A stretch of DNA of 64,000 nucleotides from Leucoraja ocellata (taxonomy: Eukaryota): contig JAWMAR010000038.1 in the NCBI GenBank assembly GCA_036785375.1, positions 3,596,001-3,660,000 on the forward strand, given 5' to 3'. Position 1 is the stretch's first letter. The number at the start of each line of letters is the position of its first letter. Below are positions 25,273 through 37,560 of the stretch, piece by piece. The position numbers and the translations under genes were made by a program. The notes under the pieces were generated by a model, which saw nothing but the letters and a program-made list of their open reading frames with translations, had not been told where the DNA came from and made no database searches.

Positions 25273-26807
25273 TTACTGAGCTGTAAACGAGTCTGCTTGT
25301 GTAAGATTATTCCCACTACACTACATTGCTGACGAAAAGTTTTCATGGCTACTAACTTAAAGCATATACAAACACTTTATAATGTCTGGATTTCGTAAAC
25401 AAATGTAAAATTGCATAAAGCAGACAAAATATTGGCGTAGAAAATGCTGGAAGTATAAAGGCAGCGGGTGGAGAGAGAAAACAGGTTAACACAGCTGGTG
25501 GGAGCTTTTTTCAGTTTAAAGAGAAGAAAAGTGTGGAAGGAAAAGCACAGGTAAAAATAGGGCCTATTTTAAAATTATATTTGGTGTATAAAAAAACAAA
25601 GCTCCAGAAATGCTTGGCAATCAGGCATCTTCTGTGGAGATTCAAGGTGAGTTATTGGTTCGTATTGATGACCTTTCATTCAACATATCGTGATAGAATT
25701 GTTGTTCAAAGAGGTGGGTTTATGATGTCTGTTAGAGGAAGAAACATGAAGCGATACAGGACTAACTTAGACTGCTAACAGTGGTGATACAGTTTAAACT
25801 TGTGGTCTCAGAGGTGTGGACATGCTGGAGCAGTTCATTAACATAGGCAGAGACAAGGCAGGTTAACGATTTAAAGTAAGCATGAAAATTATAAAGTTGA
25901 AATATTGCTTAAATGTAGTTGAGCAAGCAGAGGTTTGGGTGAATAAGTTTTGGTGAGAGTTAGATAATGGTCAACTAACTGATGTCTTCATGTTATGGGA
26001 AGCCAGCTGGGCGAGCACTGAAATAGACTTGTCCAGTGAATGATGATTTCAACAGCACAGGGGTTGAGATAGTCAGGCTTATTGATATGTAAAAATATGG
26101 CAGATGGGTCAACTTTACATAGTGCAAGTGTTCTATACTGGCCTTGGACTCCTCTCCTGGGTGAGAGTTGGTTTTGGAGTCTTGGGAAAGATGTTTGTGG
26201 CTTCCAGTACTTAGCTGGATGAAATTTCAGCGACATCAACCAAACGACATGACAGTTCAAAGACAGCAGAAGCATCAAGAGGCCTGGTGGAGGTGTGAGC
26301 CAATAAATGCAGGAGTAGGCCATTCGGCCCTTCAAGCCAGCACCGTCATTCAATGTGATCTTGGCAGATCATCCCCAATCAGTACCCGTTCCTGCCTTCT
26401 CCCCAAATAGAAATAGGACCATTTTCATGCCACCAGGTGCATTTGGAAACCAATGGTATGATTTCAGATGGTGCCGTTGACGGAAATAGCAAGGGATCAG
26501 GGGAGGAAAATTATCAGGAAGAGATTATCTGGCTTTGACCAGAAAGATAAAAGCTTAATTTCCAGAGTTCAAAAATAAATCATTGAATGCTTCATAGACT
26601 TCCTTCCAGAAAACATTTCCTGAAATTAATTTTGTATTTTGGTCTTCAAATGTCTTGTTTTTAATTAAGTGAATTGAGTTGTCACAGACTATACATATAG
26701 CTACATAGTTATTTTATCATTGTTGATCTATTGCCATTTGAGTCTGTGCGGTTTTAATTTCATTATACTGAGGCAGATTGACTTATCAGTAATGATTTTG
26801 ATTTTAG

Positions 26808-26876
26808 GCAATTCGAATATTGGTGCAAGAGAGATTAAGCCCAGAAGCCATTGCAAACGCAAACCGTGCAAAGGAG
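26808..26876 (+). CDS. RTRAF: RTRAF exon 6
   Basis: ttttag|AIRILVQERLSPEAIANANRAKE|gtaaat. Confidence 0.95.
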
Positions 26877-27964
26877 GTAAATTGTTTTTCATAAAAAGTT
26901 AAGAATATAAATGTATTTTTTAATGTGATTAAGTTGGATCGTGCATACAACTGAGTGGAACGTCTTTGATCTTTGTATTCCATTTTATTTGTCAGATAAC
27001 AATCTCGCTTGTTCTGTTAGCACAGAGCAATAATCTAACATAGCTGTAGCGTAATAAAGTGTCTATCTCTTGATATAGAGTGTTTCTTCGATGCTATGCC
27101 CATAACTTTTAAGGTGGTCAACCTTGTAAGCTTATTGTGTCAGCATTGTTGATTTAACTTGCTATCTTGCAAAAAGTGGAGACATTTCTGAAACTGATTA
27201 TGGTTTAACTTTACTTCCTCTCCTTGCTGTGAAATTATTACGATACTATTTTGGAATTTAAATACAGTCTGATCGTTAGTGTTGGAGATCAAGGTGTAAA
27301 TTCTTAGTTTAACATTTTTTTTGCAAATGTTTTCAAGAGTTAATACTTTAACACTATTTTTAAACTGAGGTAGGCGAGGGGGAAAGTGGACATGGCCCTG
27401 GTTAGACCCATTTACTGCTTCCGGTTCCATACTGGATACACTTCAGGAAGACCTTTGACTTCTTTCCAAGGAGCTGTTGAGGCTGAGTCAACCTTTCAGA
27501 TTATTAATTGTTAATTTGTCAGGCAGGTGCATTAAGGGATTTTAACCCAAAACGGGCTACTCTGGCATTTTGTGTCCATCCAAGATGGGTAGATTAAGAT
27601 ATAGCCTTAATATACAGCCATGATATAATTTTTGTAAACACCATATTTCTGTTCTTAAACTAACAGGCTAAAATTACTTTCACCATATTTCTGCATATCA
27701 CCAACTCGCATCCAACATTTTGGCTATGAATTGTAAAGGTTTGTGGCTGTTACTCTACAGACAATGCAACTTTTATTCATAGGGAAACATGGAACTAACC
27801 AGGTTCTACTGGAATTATCTGCACTTTAAATGTGAAATATCTTTGTACACTTATCTAGTGGCAAATCTTGCCTTGTGGATTTTGAGGACTGGATATAATT
27901 GCTCAAAGACAGAAGCAAAATGTTAACTATATTTTCAGGCTTTTTTTTGCTCACTTTTTTCCAG

Positions 27965-28013
27965 GGTTTTACTGTAAGCTTAGAAAAGCATCTACTTGGC
28001 TTTGATACGGGAG
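27965..28013 (+). CDS. RTRAF: RTRAF exon 7
   Basis: tttccag|GFTVSLEKHLLGFDTG+G|gtaagt. Confidence 0.94.
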
Positions 28014-28486
28014 GTAAGTAGATTTACATTGAATTAATAATCTTTTGGGAACATCCTACAGTTGGCATGTACAGGAAAGTGGCCCTTTGGTTCAACTTGT
28101 CTGTGCTGCCCCCATCTCAACCTTTCCTATCCATTCACCTGTCTTAATTGTCTGTTAAATCTTCTTATTGAACCTGCCTCCACTTCCTCCTCTGGCACCT
28201 CATTCCATATACCCATGTCCTCTGTGTGAAAATGTTTCCTCTCGCACCTTAAACTCATACCCTCTAGTGCTTGATTTCCCTACCCTGAGAAAAAGACGCA
28301 CTCACCCTATCTATTCCCCTCATGATTTTGTACACCTCTAAGATAATCTCTCTGCCTCATGCACTCCAAGGAATAAAGTCTTAGCCTGCAACTCAGATAT
28401 TTTAAATCTTAGCACAGTAAGACCATAGGTCATTGTACCTCTGGTGTTTTGACGTAAACAATGAGATGTATATGTTGCTTTCATAG

Positions 28487-28641
28487 ATGCCACTTTGAAT
28501 GAAGCTGCAAGAGTTCTCCGACTGCTGCATATTGAGGAATTACGAGACCTTCAGACCAGGATTAATGAAGCTATTGTAGCTGTTCAATCAATTATAGCAG
28601 ATCCCAAAACTGATCACAGGCTTGGAAAAGTTGGAAGATGA
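28487..28641 (+). CDS. RTRAF: RTRAF exon 8 (last coding exon)
   Basis: tcatag|(D)ATLNEAARVLRLLHIEELRDLQTRINEAIVAVQSIIADPKTDHRLGKVGR*. The eight exons sum to 729 nt in frame (242 aa). AATAAA at 28749. Confidence 0.96.
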
Positions 28642-31551
28642 TCAAAAGCTGTAAATTTGACAACTTTTCGATACCGATTTTGAAACTCTGTAGACAATAT
28701 AGATGCTGGACTCATGTTTTGAATCTGAGTAAACTGTTTACTAAATAGAATAAATGCTAAAATATCGCAAATTACAAGATTTGAGTTTATTGTCAAGTTG
28801 GAACAAAGTACAACAGGGTGATTAAAATTATTTTTCCCAATTAATCAAGTATCAGATGATGTATATACATTACAATAGGGAATAGACAAAGTATAAAATT
28901 AAACTTTAGATTCTGTCAATTACATGTTATGCCTTAAAGAAAAGTAGTTAGCAAAGAGCAAACTTGAAGCGTGCACTCGAAAATGAAACAGATACAAAAT
29001 AATACGGAACAGGTTTATTTTGTCAAACGTTTATTGATGCAAACCATTTGAGGATCTGTGCTAATCAACATGTTGCAGTGACTACTACAGCCAGAAAGAC
29101 TCAATTTATTTTCTGTATTAGAAGGTGACAATATGCACAGATTTTTCAATGTCCACTGCCAAGCTATAATTAATGTTTAAACATAACTTATGTAAAAGCT
29201 ACAATGGCTAACGTAACAGACTGCCGTAATATATATTATCCAGATTTTGCAGCAATATAACTTTATAAATCAGGCTAATGGTGTCCCTGTACGTAAAGAT
29301 AGAGAGAGGGTGATATGCCTGGCTCTTTTTAGCTTTGCTGCATTTGTAACCTGAGGGTGGCTGGGTAGATGTGAAGTTGGGAAAACATACCTGAAAGCGA
29401 GTGGAATTTTGTCTCCATTAATATCAAACCGCCTCTCTGGCATTGAATATTCGCCTATGGTCCTCCTCCAGATAATTGTTATTGTAATTACCTTTAAATA
29501 TTTTTATATTAAGGGAATCCAGAATTTGATATTTATCAGATCAATTCCACAAAGTTCAAATATAAAGCAAACTGAAGAGATTTATGGATTGAAAGAAAAT
29601 ATTGCCAGGTAATGCTTTTTTTCAAACCTTTAACATTTTTACAATGTGAATGGTCCTTTTGTAGATTTACAACAATTTAAAAATAGGTCAAATATCACTT
29701 CCATCCTTGCTTCTCAAGTTAGATGCCGGTAACAAACTATTTTGGTCATATCCTTCAATTGTGTGCCCACTGTGCAATAATGATGGAAAAAATTGTTAAT
29801 ATGTGGCTGCTTATCCTGTCAATTGATATTATTTTCTTTATAGCATTTTGATTTTGTGTGCAGTTCTGGTCACCCCATTACATGAAGGATGTGACTGCTT
29901 TGGAGACGGTGCAGAGAAGTTTTACCAGAAATGCTGTCTGCATTAGGAGAGGTTGGACAAACTTGGGTTGTTTTCTCTGGAACATTGAAAGAAAACCTGA
30001 CAGAAGTATATAAAATAATGAGAGATTAGACAGAGAACATTTGTTTCCCCACAGTGGAAATGTCAAGGATTAGAGGACATTGCCTTTTGGTGAGAAGGGA
30101 AAAGTTTAAGAAGAAGTGTGATGGAAGTTTCCCCTGCCCACAGTTGTCGGTGCCTGAAACACACTGCCAGGGTTGGTGGTGGAGGCAGATACGATAGTGA
30201 CATTGGAGGCTTTTGGATAGGCGCATGGAGGGAATGGGTGAATATGGATCATGTGCAGGCAGACGAGATTAGTTTAACTTGGCCTCCGCTCAGGGCTGAA
30301 ACCTCTTTTCCTGCACTGCTGAATGTTCTAAACTGCCATGCCATAAATTTGACGATACCACTTGTCAGAATTTCAGTGGAGAAATGTGTTCAGAGATTGA
30401 AAACCACATTGCAGAATCAGTTGGATATCTTTTACTCAACTCCTTAATTTATCCTAATGACATAAATACAGCATTCTACATGTTATAGAACCATACTTGG
30501 CATTACTGACATTTAACCATTGAATTACTTATTAAATGACCCAATTTAAAATAAAACTGCAATAATGGTTTCCCTATCTGAACAAATTAAAACTTTGCAA
30601 GGATTTAGTCCAGATCTTTTTATCTATTTGAAAATTAAAGACAATAAACTTTGGATGCTTCTTATTCAGATCTTTGGCAGAAATTTTAAACTTAAAACAT
30701 TGTTTTGTAATTTCAAAGCAATGTCAAAACTTTGGTGGAATAAATACTCAAGTACAATTTGAATTGCTATAAACTGTCCACAGTAACATGACTTTCTGGT
30801 TTTAGTTTGTACGTGTGTTGAGTCAGCTAAATATACCCAACTAAAATCCAGTTGTTGCTATTTATTTCAGATTGTCTCTAGCAAATTTTGTCTCGATTCA
30901 TAACTGCTTGAGGCAATGTTAGTGCAGCAGAAATGTTCAACTCGAGCAGCAACTGATCTTGTGAACTTTAACTAGGTCAACAATTATGAATGACATCTGG
31001 GTTATTAACTAAAGGGGACGATAAAATTTAAGATGCACGTTTCAAGATCTAAAACTGCTGTCTTTAAGGTGATCAAGAATAGCATAGAAATGAAATGGGA
31101 AGGAAAATTAGAGCTTTTTACATAAACATAGAAAAATATGACTTCCCTTAATCTGCCTCTAAAGTGCTGTACTATATATTTTGGTGTTTATGCTCCTGGT
31201 TTCTGAATCTCATACTTCTGTATTTATCTTACAAAGAACCACAGCTTTTGTTACTGTGTTATAACAGTTAAAATTAGAGGCCTGTTAGGCTGGTATTTTT
31301 ATGAGGCAGTGATTGTCTACAATTTACCAGTCAATCAAAAGGCAGCACGGTAGTGGTTTTTTAAAAAAGAAATGAGGTATGAAAATTCTTACAAAAATAG
31401 TTCTGTAATACACTTTCAGTTTAATTCTTACTAAACAGAAGGGGATTTTGGGGGGGGGGAATTCACTTCTGTCTGCAGCACCCTGCTCCAAATAAAGTCT
31501 TCCTTTTCCTCCAGAAATGTATGGCATGGTTGTCATGACCAATAGTGATGT

Positions 31552-31562
31552 TTATTTTCTTC
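31552..31562 (-). CDS. NID2: Nidogen-2 last coding exon ((G)RK*)
   Basis: Minus strand ctttggcag|GA AGA AAA TAA; human NID2 ends ...CPTGRK*. Confidence 0.88.
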
Positions 31563-32558
31563 CTGCCAAAGAAAAGTGAAAAATGTTCGTAAATTCAGTT
31601 GCTTTGATATTTAAACAATATAAATTGTGCAATTTCCCGGGAAGCTTACTGATGAAAGTGTAGGAAGGAATTGCAGATGCAGGTTTGAACCGATGAAAGA
31701 CGCAAAAGCTGGAGTAACTCAGCTGGTCTGGAGAAAAGGAATAGGTTACATTTTGGGTCGAAACCCTTCTTCAGACTGATCAGGTAGAGGCGTACTCATC
31801 AATAGTCTGAAGAAGGGCCTCAATCCAAAACGTCACCTATTCCTTTTCTCCAGATGCTGTCTGTCCTGCCTCAATCTTCCCTAAAGTAGACACACAATGC
31901 TGGAGTAATTTAGCGGTAGATTTATCAATTTTCCCCAATGTGGATATTGTTCTTTCCTGGAGTTTTTTGCCATACTGCTGGCCATTGTATCCTCCAACAG
32001 TGGCATCAAGCAGGCTGTGCATTTAATCACACGGAATAACTTGAACAGAAACCATGCGGGTACAAATAACAAAGTTCTTACCAACGCAGCATTTTACAGA
32101 GCGTAAAGAGACAATTGTAGTGAGTGCACAGGAGATTACAAGGTATTGTCACATTTACAGATACAGTGAAAAGCTTTTGTTTGTGTGTCATCAAGTCACA
32201 TCAAATCATACTGGATTTGACTGGATAGCATGCATTACATTAGGTTTATACACTATCGAATCAAGTCAGACTCAAGTATAATAAGTAGAGCAAAGAGGAA
32301 GATACAGAGTGCAGAATATAGTTCTCCGCATTGTGGCGCATTAGGTATGTTTAAGCGTCAGACACAGACCACTTCTGAAATTATTCTAAGGTAAATTTAA
32401 ATTAAATACAGGAGACAGCAATAAAACTATCAAACCCTAAATTCAGCATGATTGTAACTATATATTGGGCATTGGAGTCATTAGTATCTACTTTTAGCAC
32501 TGAGTTCTGAAGATCAACAAAATCATATTTCTTAAGAAATGTCATATTTTATCCTTAC

Positions 32559-32689
32559 CATATGGGCAAGAAGGATAAGCCACGGTTATTCCATATAGAT
32601 GTGATCGCTGATCAGGTAGGTACTCATCAAGAATCTGATTCCCATATTGATTCTGCCTCCCAACTTTAGGTAGAACAATAATTCCATCT
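32559..32689 (-). CDS. NID2: Nidogen-2 G3 exon (end of the beta-propeller)
   Basis: (R)[43 protein letters not shown]+G with AG/GT boundaries. Confidence 0.93.
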
Positions 32690-34241
32690 CTGAAAATAAA
32701 AAAAACATCATATGAAGTGTGTGCACCAGCTGGAATGAAGAATTAAGACCAGATTCATTGTCCATTTTGGTCTAATCAAACGGTTTAAATAAGTGAATAG
32801 ACGGGATATGGGCCAAATGCAGGTAGGTGGGATATGTTGGACTGAAGAGTGTGTTTTCACATTGTAAGACTATGTGAATCTACTGTTGTAGAACACAAGA
32901 ATGCTCTTGGTTCCCCTGGATCATTGTTGTACATTTTCTGTTATCCTCTATTTGAGCTTGTGAAGGCAGCCAAAGCTCTCCCTCCCCTGCCTATTTGGAA
33001 AGATTTTTGTACATTTAGCCACAAGCACAAAACCCTTTGCCTTAAGTTTCTCTTTTCGCAGCTTGCAGCTCTTCTCACTCACCATCCTGCTGTTATGCTC
33101 AATGTTCTAATCAGCCTTGTGATGCCATGAATGTCCATTGAAGTACACATGTGCAGGACACCTCAAAGTGGATTAAACAGTCTCACGCTAATGTTTTGAT
33201 ACTCCTGATTCAGAAGCATGCAAGCAGTAGCAATTCACTTGACATTTGTTGCTGCCTCTATGCTTCTGGATCATGAGTATCAAAACATTGGTATCAAAGA
33301 TTAGAGAGCATAGCTTTAACGTGAGAGGAGCAAGTTTTTTTTAAACAGCGTGGTGAGCGCCTGGAAGGCACAGCCAGGGGTGGTGGTATATGTAGATACG
33401 ATAGTAGCACTTGAGGTTTTTAGATCGGCATATGAATATGTAGAGAATGAGGAGAAATAAATCACGTGTAGCCAGAGGAGATTTGTTTAACTTGGCAGTG
33501 TGTTCAGCCCATATTGTGTGTAGAACATGAGCCAGTTCATCTAATTACATGGGAATTAGTGTGTTCTGGGTTTATATCATCACCAAACTTTCTATGTAAC
33601 ACATAGAACCACTGTCATGTTTAAGGTGACGTCTTTCCTTGGGAAACATGGATTTAAAAAAAGGATTTTGCCAGATATAACCCGCAATGAATCTAAAAAT
33701 TAAACCATTGATTGTTCCTTTACCAGGTAATACAATTGATACATGGCATTACTAATGCCTAATGGTCACGGAATTCACATGCTTTTTGATTGGGATTGTA
33801 ACTGAGTGAGTGGAGGGCTATGTGTTTGGAGAGGATGAGATGGGAGTGAAGAAGTCAAGATGGTAGTTGGAGATGAAAAGGCCCAGAGAGGGGTGGGCAG
33901 GGAGTAGTCGAGGAGGAGTGTTGGAGACGGGGTTTTTAAATGACAAAATAATTCCTAGATCAGTGACAATGAATTAATACACCACTGTTGTATCTCCCTC
34001 ACCATTTTAGGCAATCATCACTGTACGAATAAAACCTGTCCCATACAGGTGTTTTAACCTCTCACCTCAAAGCAATGCTCTCTAGTCTTTGATATTTGTA
34101 GGATACTATTGATTGAGAGATATAAACAAACATTTAAAAATAACTTTCCCCTGTTTTGGGGTCTGACAAATATCCAGTTATACATTAGAGGCAGCTCTCA
34201 AGACATCTTTGCATTTATCCCCAACAATTCTGTTTACGTAC

Positions 34242-34365
34242 CTCTTCCAATCTGTGTAGTAAAAATGATTTGAGTAAGCAACAATGCTGAAGGGATAATT
34301 CAGGCCACTCTGTATTACACGCCTCCCTGACCCGTCTGGGTTTACGCACTCCAGATCTTTGGTTC
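34242..34365 (-). CDS. NID2: Nidogen-2 G3 YWTD exon
   Basis: (G)[40 protein letters not shown](R). Confidence 0.95.
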
Positions 34366-34481
34366 CTATTCATCACAGAGAAAGTGCAACAAGTTAGTGC
34401 CAGACATGGAATGACACAACTTCATTCTAAGAATGTGTTTTAAACAGGATTCTTTCCGCCAACTAATTCCATGAAACCTAC

Positions 34482-34639
34482 CAGCGTCAGCCCAGCAGAG
34501 TTGTGAGAAATACCGGTCGAATGTCAACCCATTGGGCAATCCAATGTCTTTATTGATCAATATCCTTCGGTTTGTTCCATCCACACGAGAAGTCTCAATT
34601 TTAGGAGCTTCACGATTCCAGTCTGTCCAGTAAAGATTG
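34482..34639 (-). CDS. NID2: Nidogen-2 G3 YWTD exon
   Basis: [52 protein letters not shown]. Confidence 0.96.
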
Positions 34640-35310
34640 CTGGAAGGAAACCAGAAGAACATAAGATTCAATCCAAACCAGTCCAAGTATCTAATCTGGC
34701 GACTGTGTGAGCCTGTCATTTAGCATTTGTAAAACCAACCATTATCTGGTGAGCTTATCTTAAAAGGAAACATTTGTCGGCCCCAGGCTTTTAGTTCCAT
34801 TGGAACATTACTGCTGGAACGGTGCACTGTAATGGAAATGCTCGCAATCCTTAAAAACAGTGCATGGATTTCAGATTATAATATTGAGGGGTAACAACAT
34901 CTCTACAAAATTATTCTAATCATGTAATTTAGATTGCAATAGCAATTTGTGGAAAACCTGCTGCTTGCATGACAACTTTGAAAAGGTGTAATCAGGCTGT
35001 CTACACAGGTGATGCAAGCTAAATATCTAAATGGAAATAAATAAATTGAGATCTTTGTATTTTCTGGAAAAAAATTCTGTGGAACGAGTTGCCAGTGGAA
35101 GGTGTAATAACAAGATTTAAAAGACATTTGGACAGGTCCATGAGTAAGAACGGTTTAGAGGGATATGGGCCAGGTGGGACTGGCTTAGATGGGGCATTTT
35201 GGACAAATTGAGCCAAAGGGTCTGTTTCCATGCTGTATGACTGGCAATATAGACAAGCTAATGTCCATTATTTTAAATCGGTAAACATTTTGGCTCCACG
35301 CAAAACTTAC

Positions 35311-35482
35311 CCATGAGCAGAATCCACTACAATTGCTCTGGGGTTTACCAGATCAGTGTCTACAAGAACTCGCCGTTCAGAACCATCAAATGCAGCAGTT
35401 TCTATTTTATCTGATCCACTGTCAGTCCAAAACATCCTTCTGTGATGGTAGTCCAGGGTTAGACCTTCAGGACTAGTTAATC
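35311..35482 (-). CDS. NID2: Nidogen-2 G3 YWTD exon
   Basis: (G)[56 protein letters not shown](G). Confidence 0.95.
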
Positions 35483-36361
35483 CTAAAATAAAAGCAGGTA
35501 AAAAAATAAAATATTACATATTTTTATAGTTTAACGGGTATGTGCCAACTAATCTCAGGTAGAGTGTGAGATATGTCATTGATTGGTGAAGCAGGCTCAA
35601 AGACTGCTCCTACTCTCTGTGTTTCTACAAAACATTTTTAGACCTTGACATTAATGAAATGCTTTGTCCCTGCCAGATAACACACTAGCGCACTAGGTTT
35701 CCTGTTTGCATTTTTTGCAACAATGAACTTGCAATCTGTTTTACATCTTAGTAGAACAGTGTTTCCAAGTTAAAATGGCAGTGAAGTGCAAAAGAAAACA
35801 TGATTATCTTTCCTGCTCTCCTAAAGTCAGTGAATGGTGTTGACTAAAAATCCACACCATTGGGCAGCTTTTAATTTGAAGATCCTTGTCCTCAGCAAAT
35901 ATTCATCCGAGGTCTGATTGTATTTACTTCTTATGCGCAATTCTGCAGGGCCCCATTGAAAGTCGAGTACAGGAAGGAGATCAGAAACCATCTACATCTG
36001 TAATGTAGGCGCTTTCCTTTCTCTTCCTCTTTGCAGACAAATTACTCGGGGCCCCACAGATCTGGGGAAATGTGGGATAAATTAAGGTACTGTGGACAAA
36101 TGAATACACGTAATGAACATTACCTCAAATGAGGCAAGGAGGGACAACTAGCACAATGTAATATTTAGCGCTCCACTTTCAGTCCAATCCTTCAAAAAGT
36201 AGTAATATCCCTAATATTCATTATGTCTGTTAAACTCTTTTACACAATTTTCTTTTCAAAAAATGCTTACAGCGTTGTTTTTTTACTTGCACTCATGGTT
36301 TTTCTACTTGTGTAATGTAAAAACGTATTAATCTTCACGTCCTGAATGACTGAGAACTTAC

Positions 36362-36491
36362 CAGAATCAATGATTGTTTCCGGTTCTGCACCAGCTTCCA
36401 GGCTAACTCGATTAATAGTTCGGCCTGCGACATCAGTCCAATAAACCATCTTATCCCTGCAGTCATAATCAATACCAATAATAATTGAACC
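36362..36491 (-). CDS. NID2: Nidogen-2 G3 YWTD exon
   Basis: [43 protein letters not shown]. Confidence 0.95.
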
Positions 36492-37071
36492 CTTGGAAGG
36501 GAAAGATAAAGCAAAATAAAAGTTAATTGTCTCACAGACCAGAACCTGGCAAGTTAAAATGGACTCTGGGCAGACATACAGATCTGTAAAATAATTAGAG
36601 AACCTCACATCGAGACAAGTTTGTATTAAACAATAATGAATTCCACGTGTGAATTCACTTGTGAAAATGCTGCCAGTTTCTTTCCAAGGCTGTACATGTA
36701 ATTTTACTGGAGTTTTGATTATTTAGATCAAGAGTGATGCATGTTTAATTGTCATATGTATTGGCTACAGAGCAATGAAATTCTTACATGTTGTAGCGGA
36801 ACAAGCTCATGAATGTAATAACAAACACATAATATATAATAATACAATAAATTAACAATCAGTAGTACTAAGCACCATAATAGTGCAAAACGGATATCAA
36901 AAGTGCAACCAAAGATACATTCACAGAAGATGATAATTGCTGAGGTTAGTGTTGTGCAGTGTTCAGAAGCCTGTGGATTGTTGGGAAGCAGCTGTTCTTG
37001 AGCCTGGAAGTCTAAGTTGTCCAATTATGAAACACAACTCGTATTTATATAATATATAATAAAACATAACT

Positions 37072-37560
37072 ATACAAAATCCTGGTCTTCACCTACAAAG
37101 CCCTCCACCATCTGCCCCCCCCATATCTCACTGACCTCCTCTCCCCTTACCAACCCTCATGGTCCCTCAGATCCACATCAGCCGGTCTCCTCTCCATCCA
37201 CAAGTCCAACCTCCGCAGTTTTGGGGACAGAGCCTTCTCCAGGGCAGCTCCCAGGCTCTGGAACTCCCTCCCCCAACTGATCCGCAATTCCGTGTCCCTC
37301 ACCATCTTCCAGTCCTGCCTCAAGACCCATCTCTTCACCTCTGCCTATCCTTAGCCCCACGTCCCCCTCCCTTTTCATCTGTGCATGAATTTCCTCATGT
37401 TGTGTTTTGAATTGAATTCTGTCTTTAATTTGTGTACTAGTCATGTCTCTACTATTTATTTCATTCCCCTTACATGTTTTTCCTCTACCTGCTAAATTTT
37501 TGTAAGGTGTCCTTGAGACTCTTGAAAGGCGCCCATAAATAAAATTTATTATTATTATTA
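37072..37560 (+). mobile_element. L2-like LINE 3' end
   Basis: KILVFTYKALHHL...RAFSRAAPRLWNSLP-type C-terminus; aataaa followed by a (tta)n tail. Confidence 0.75.
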
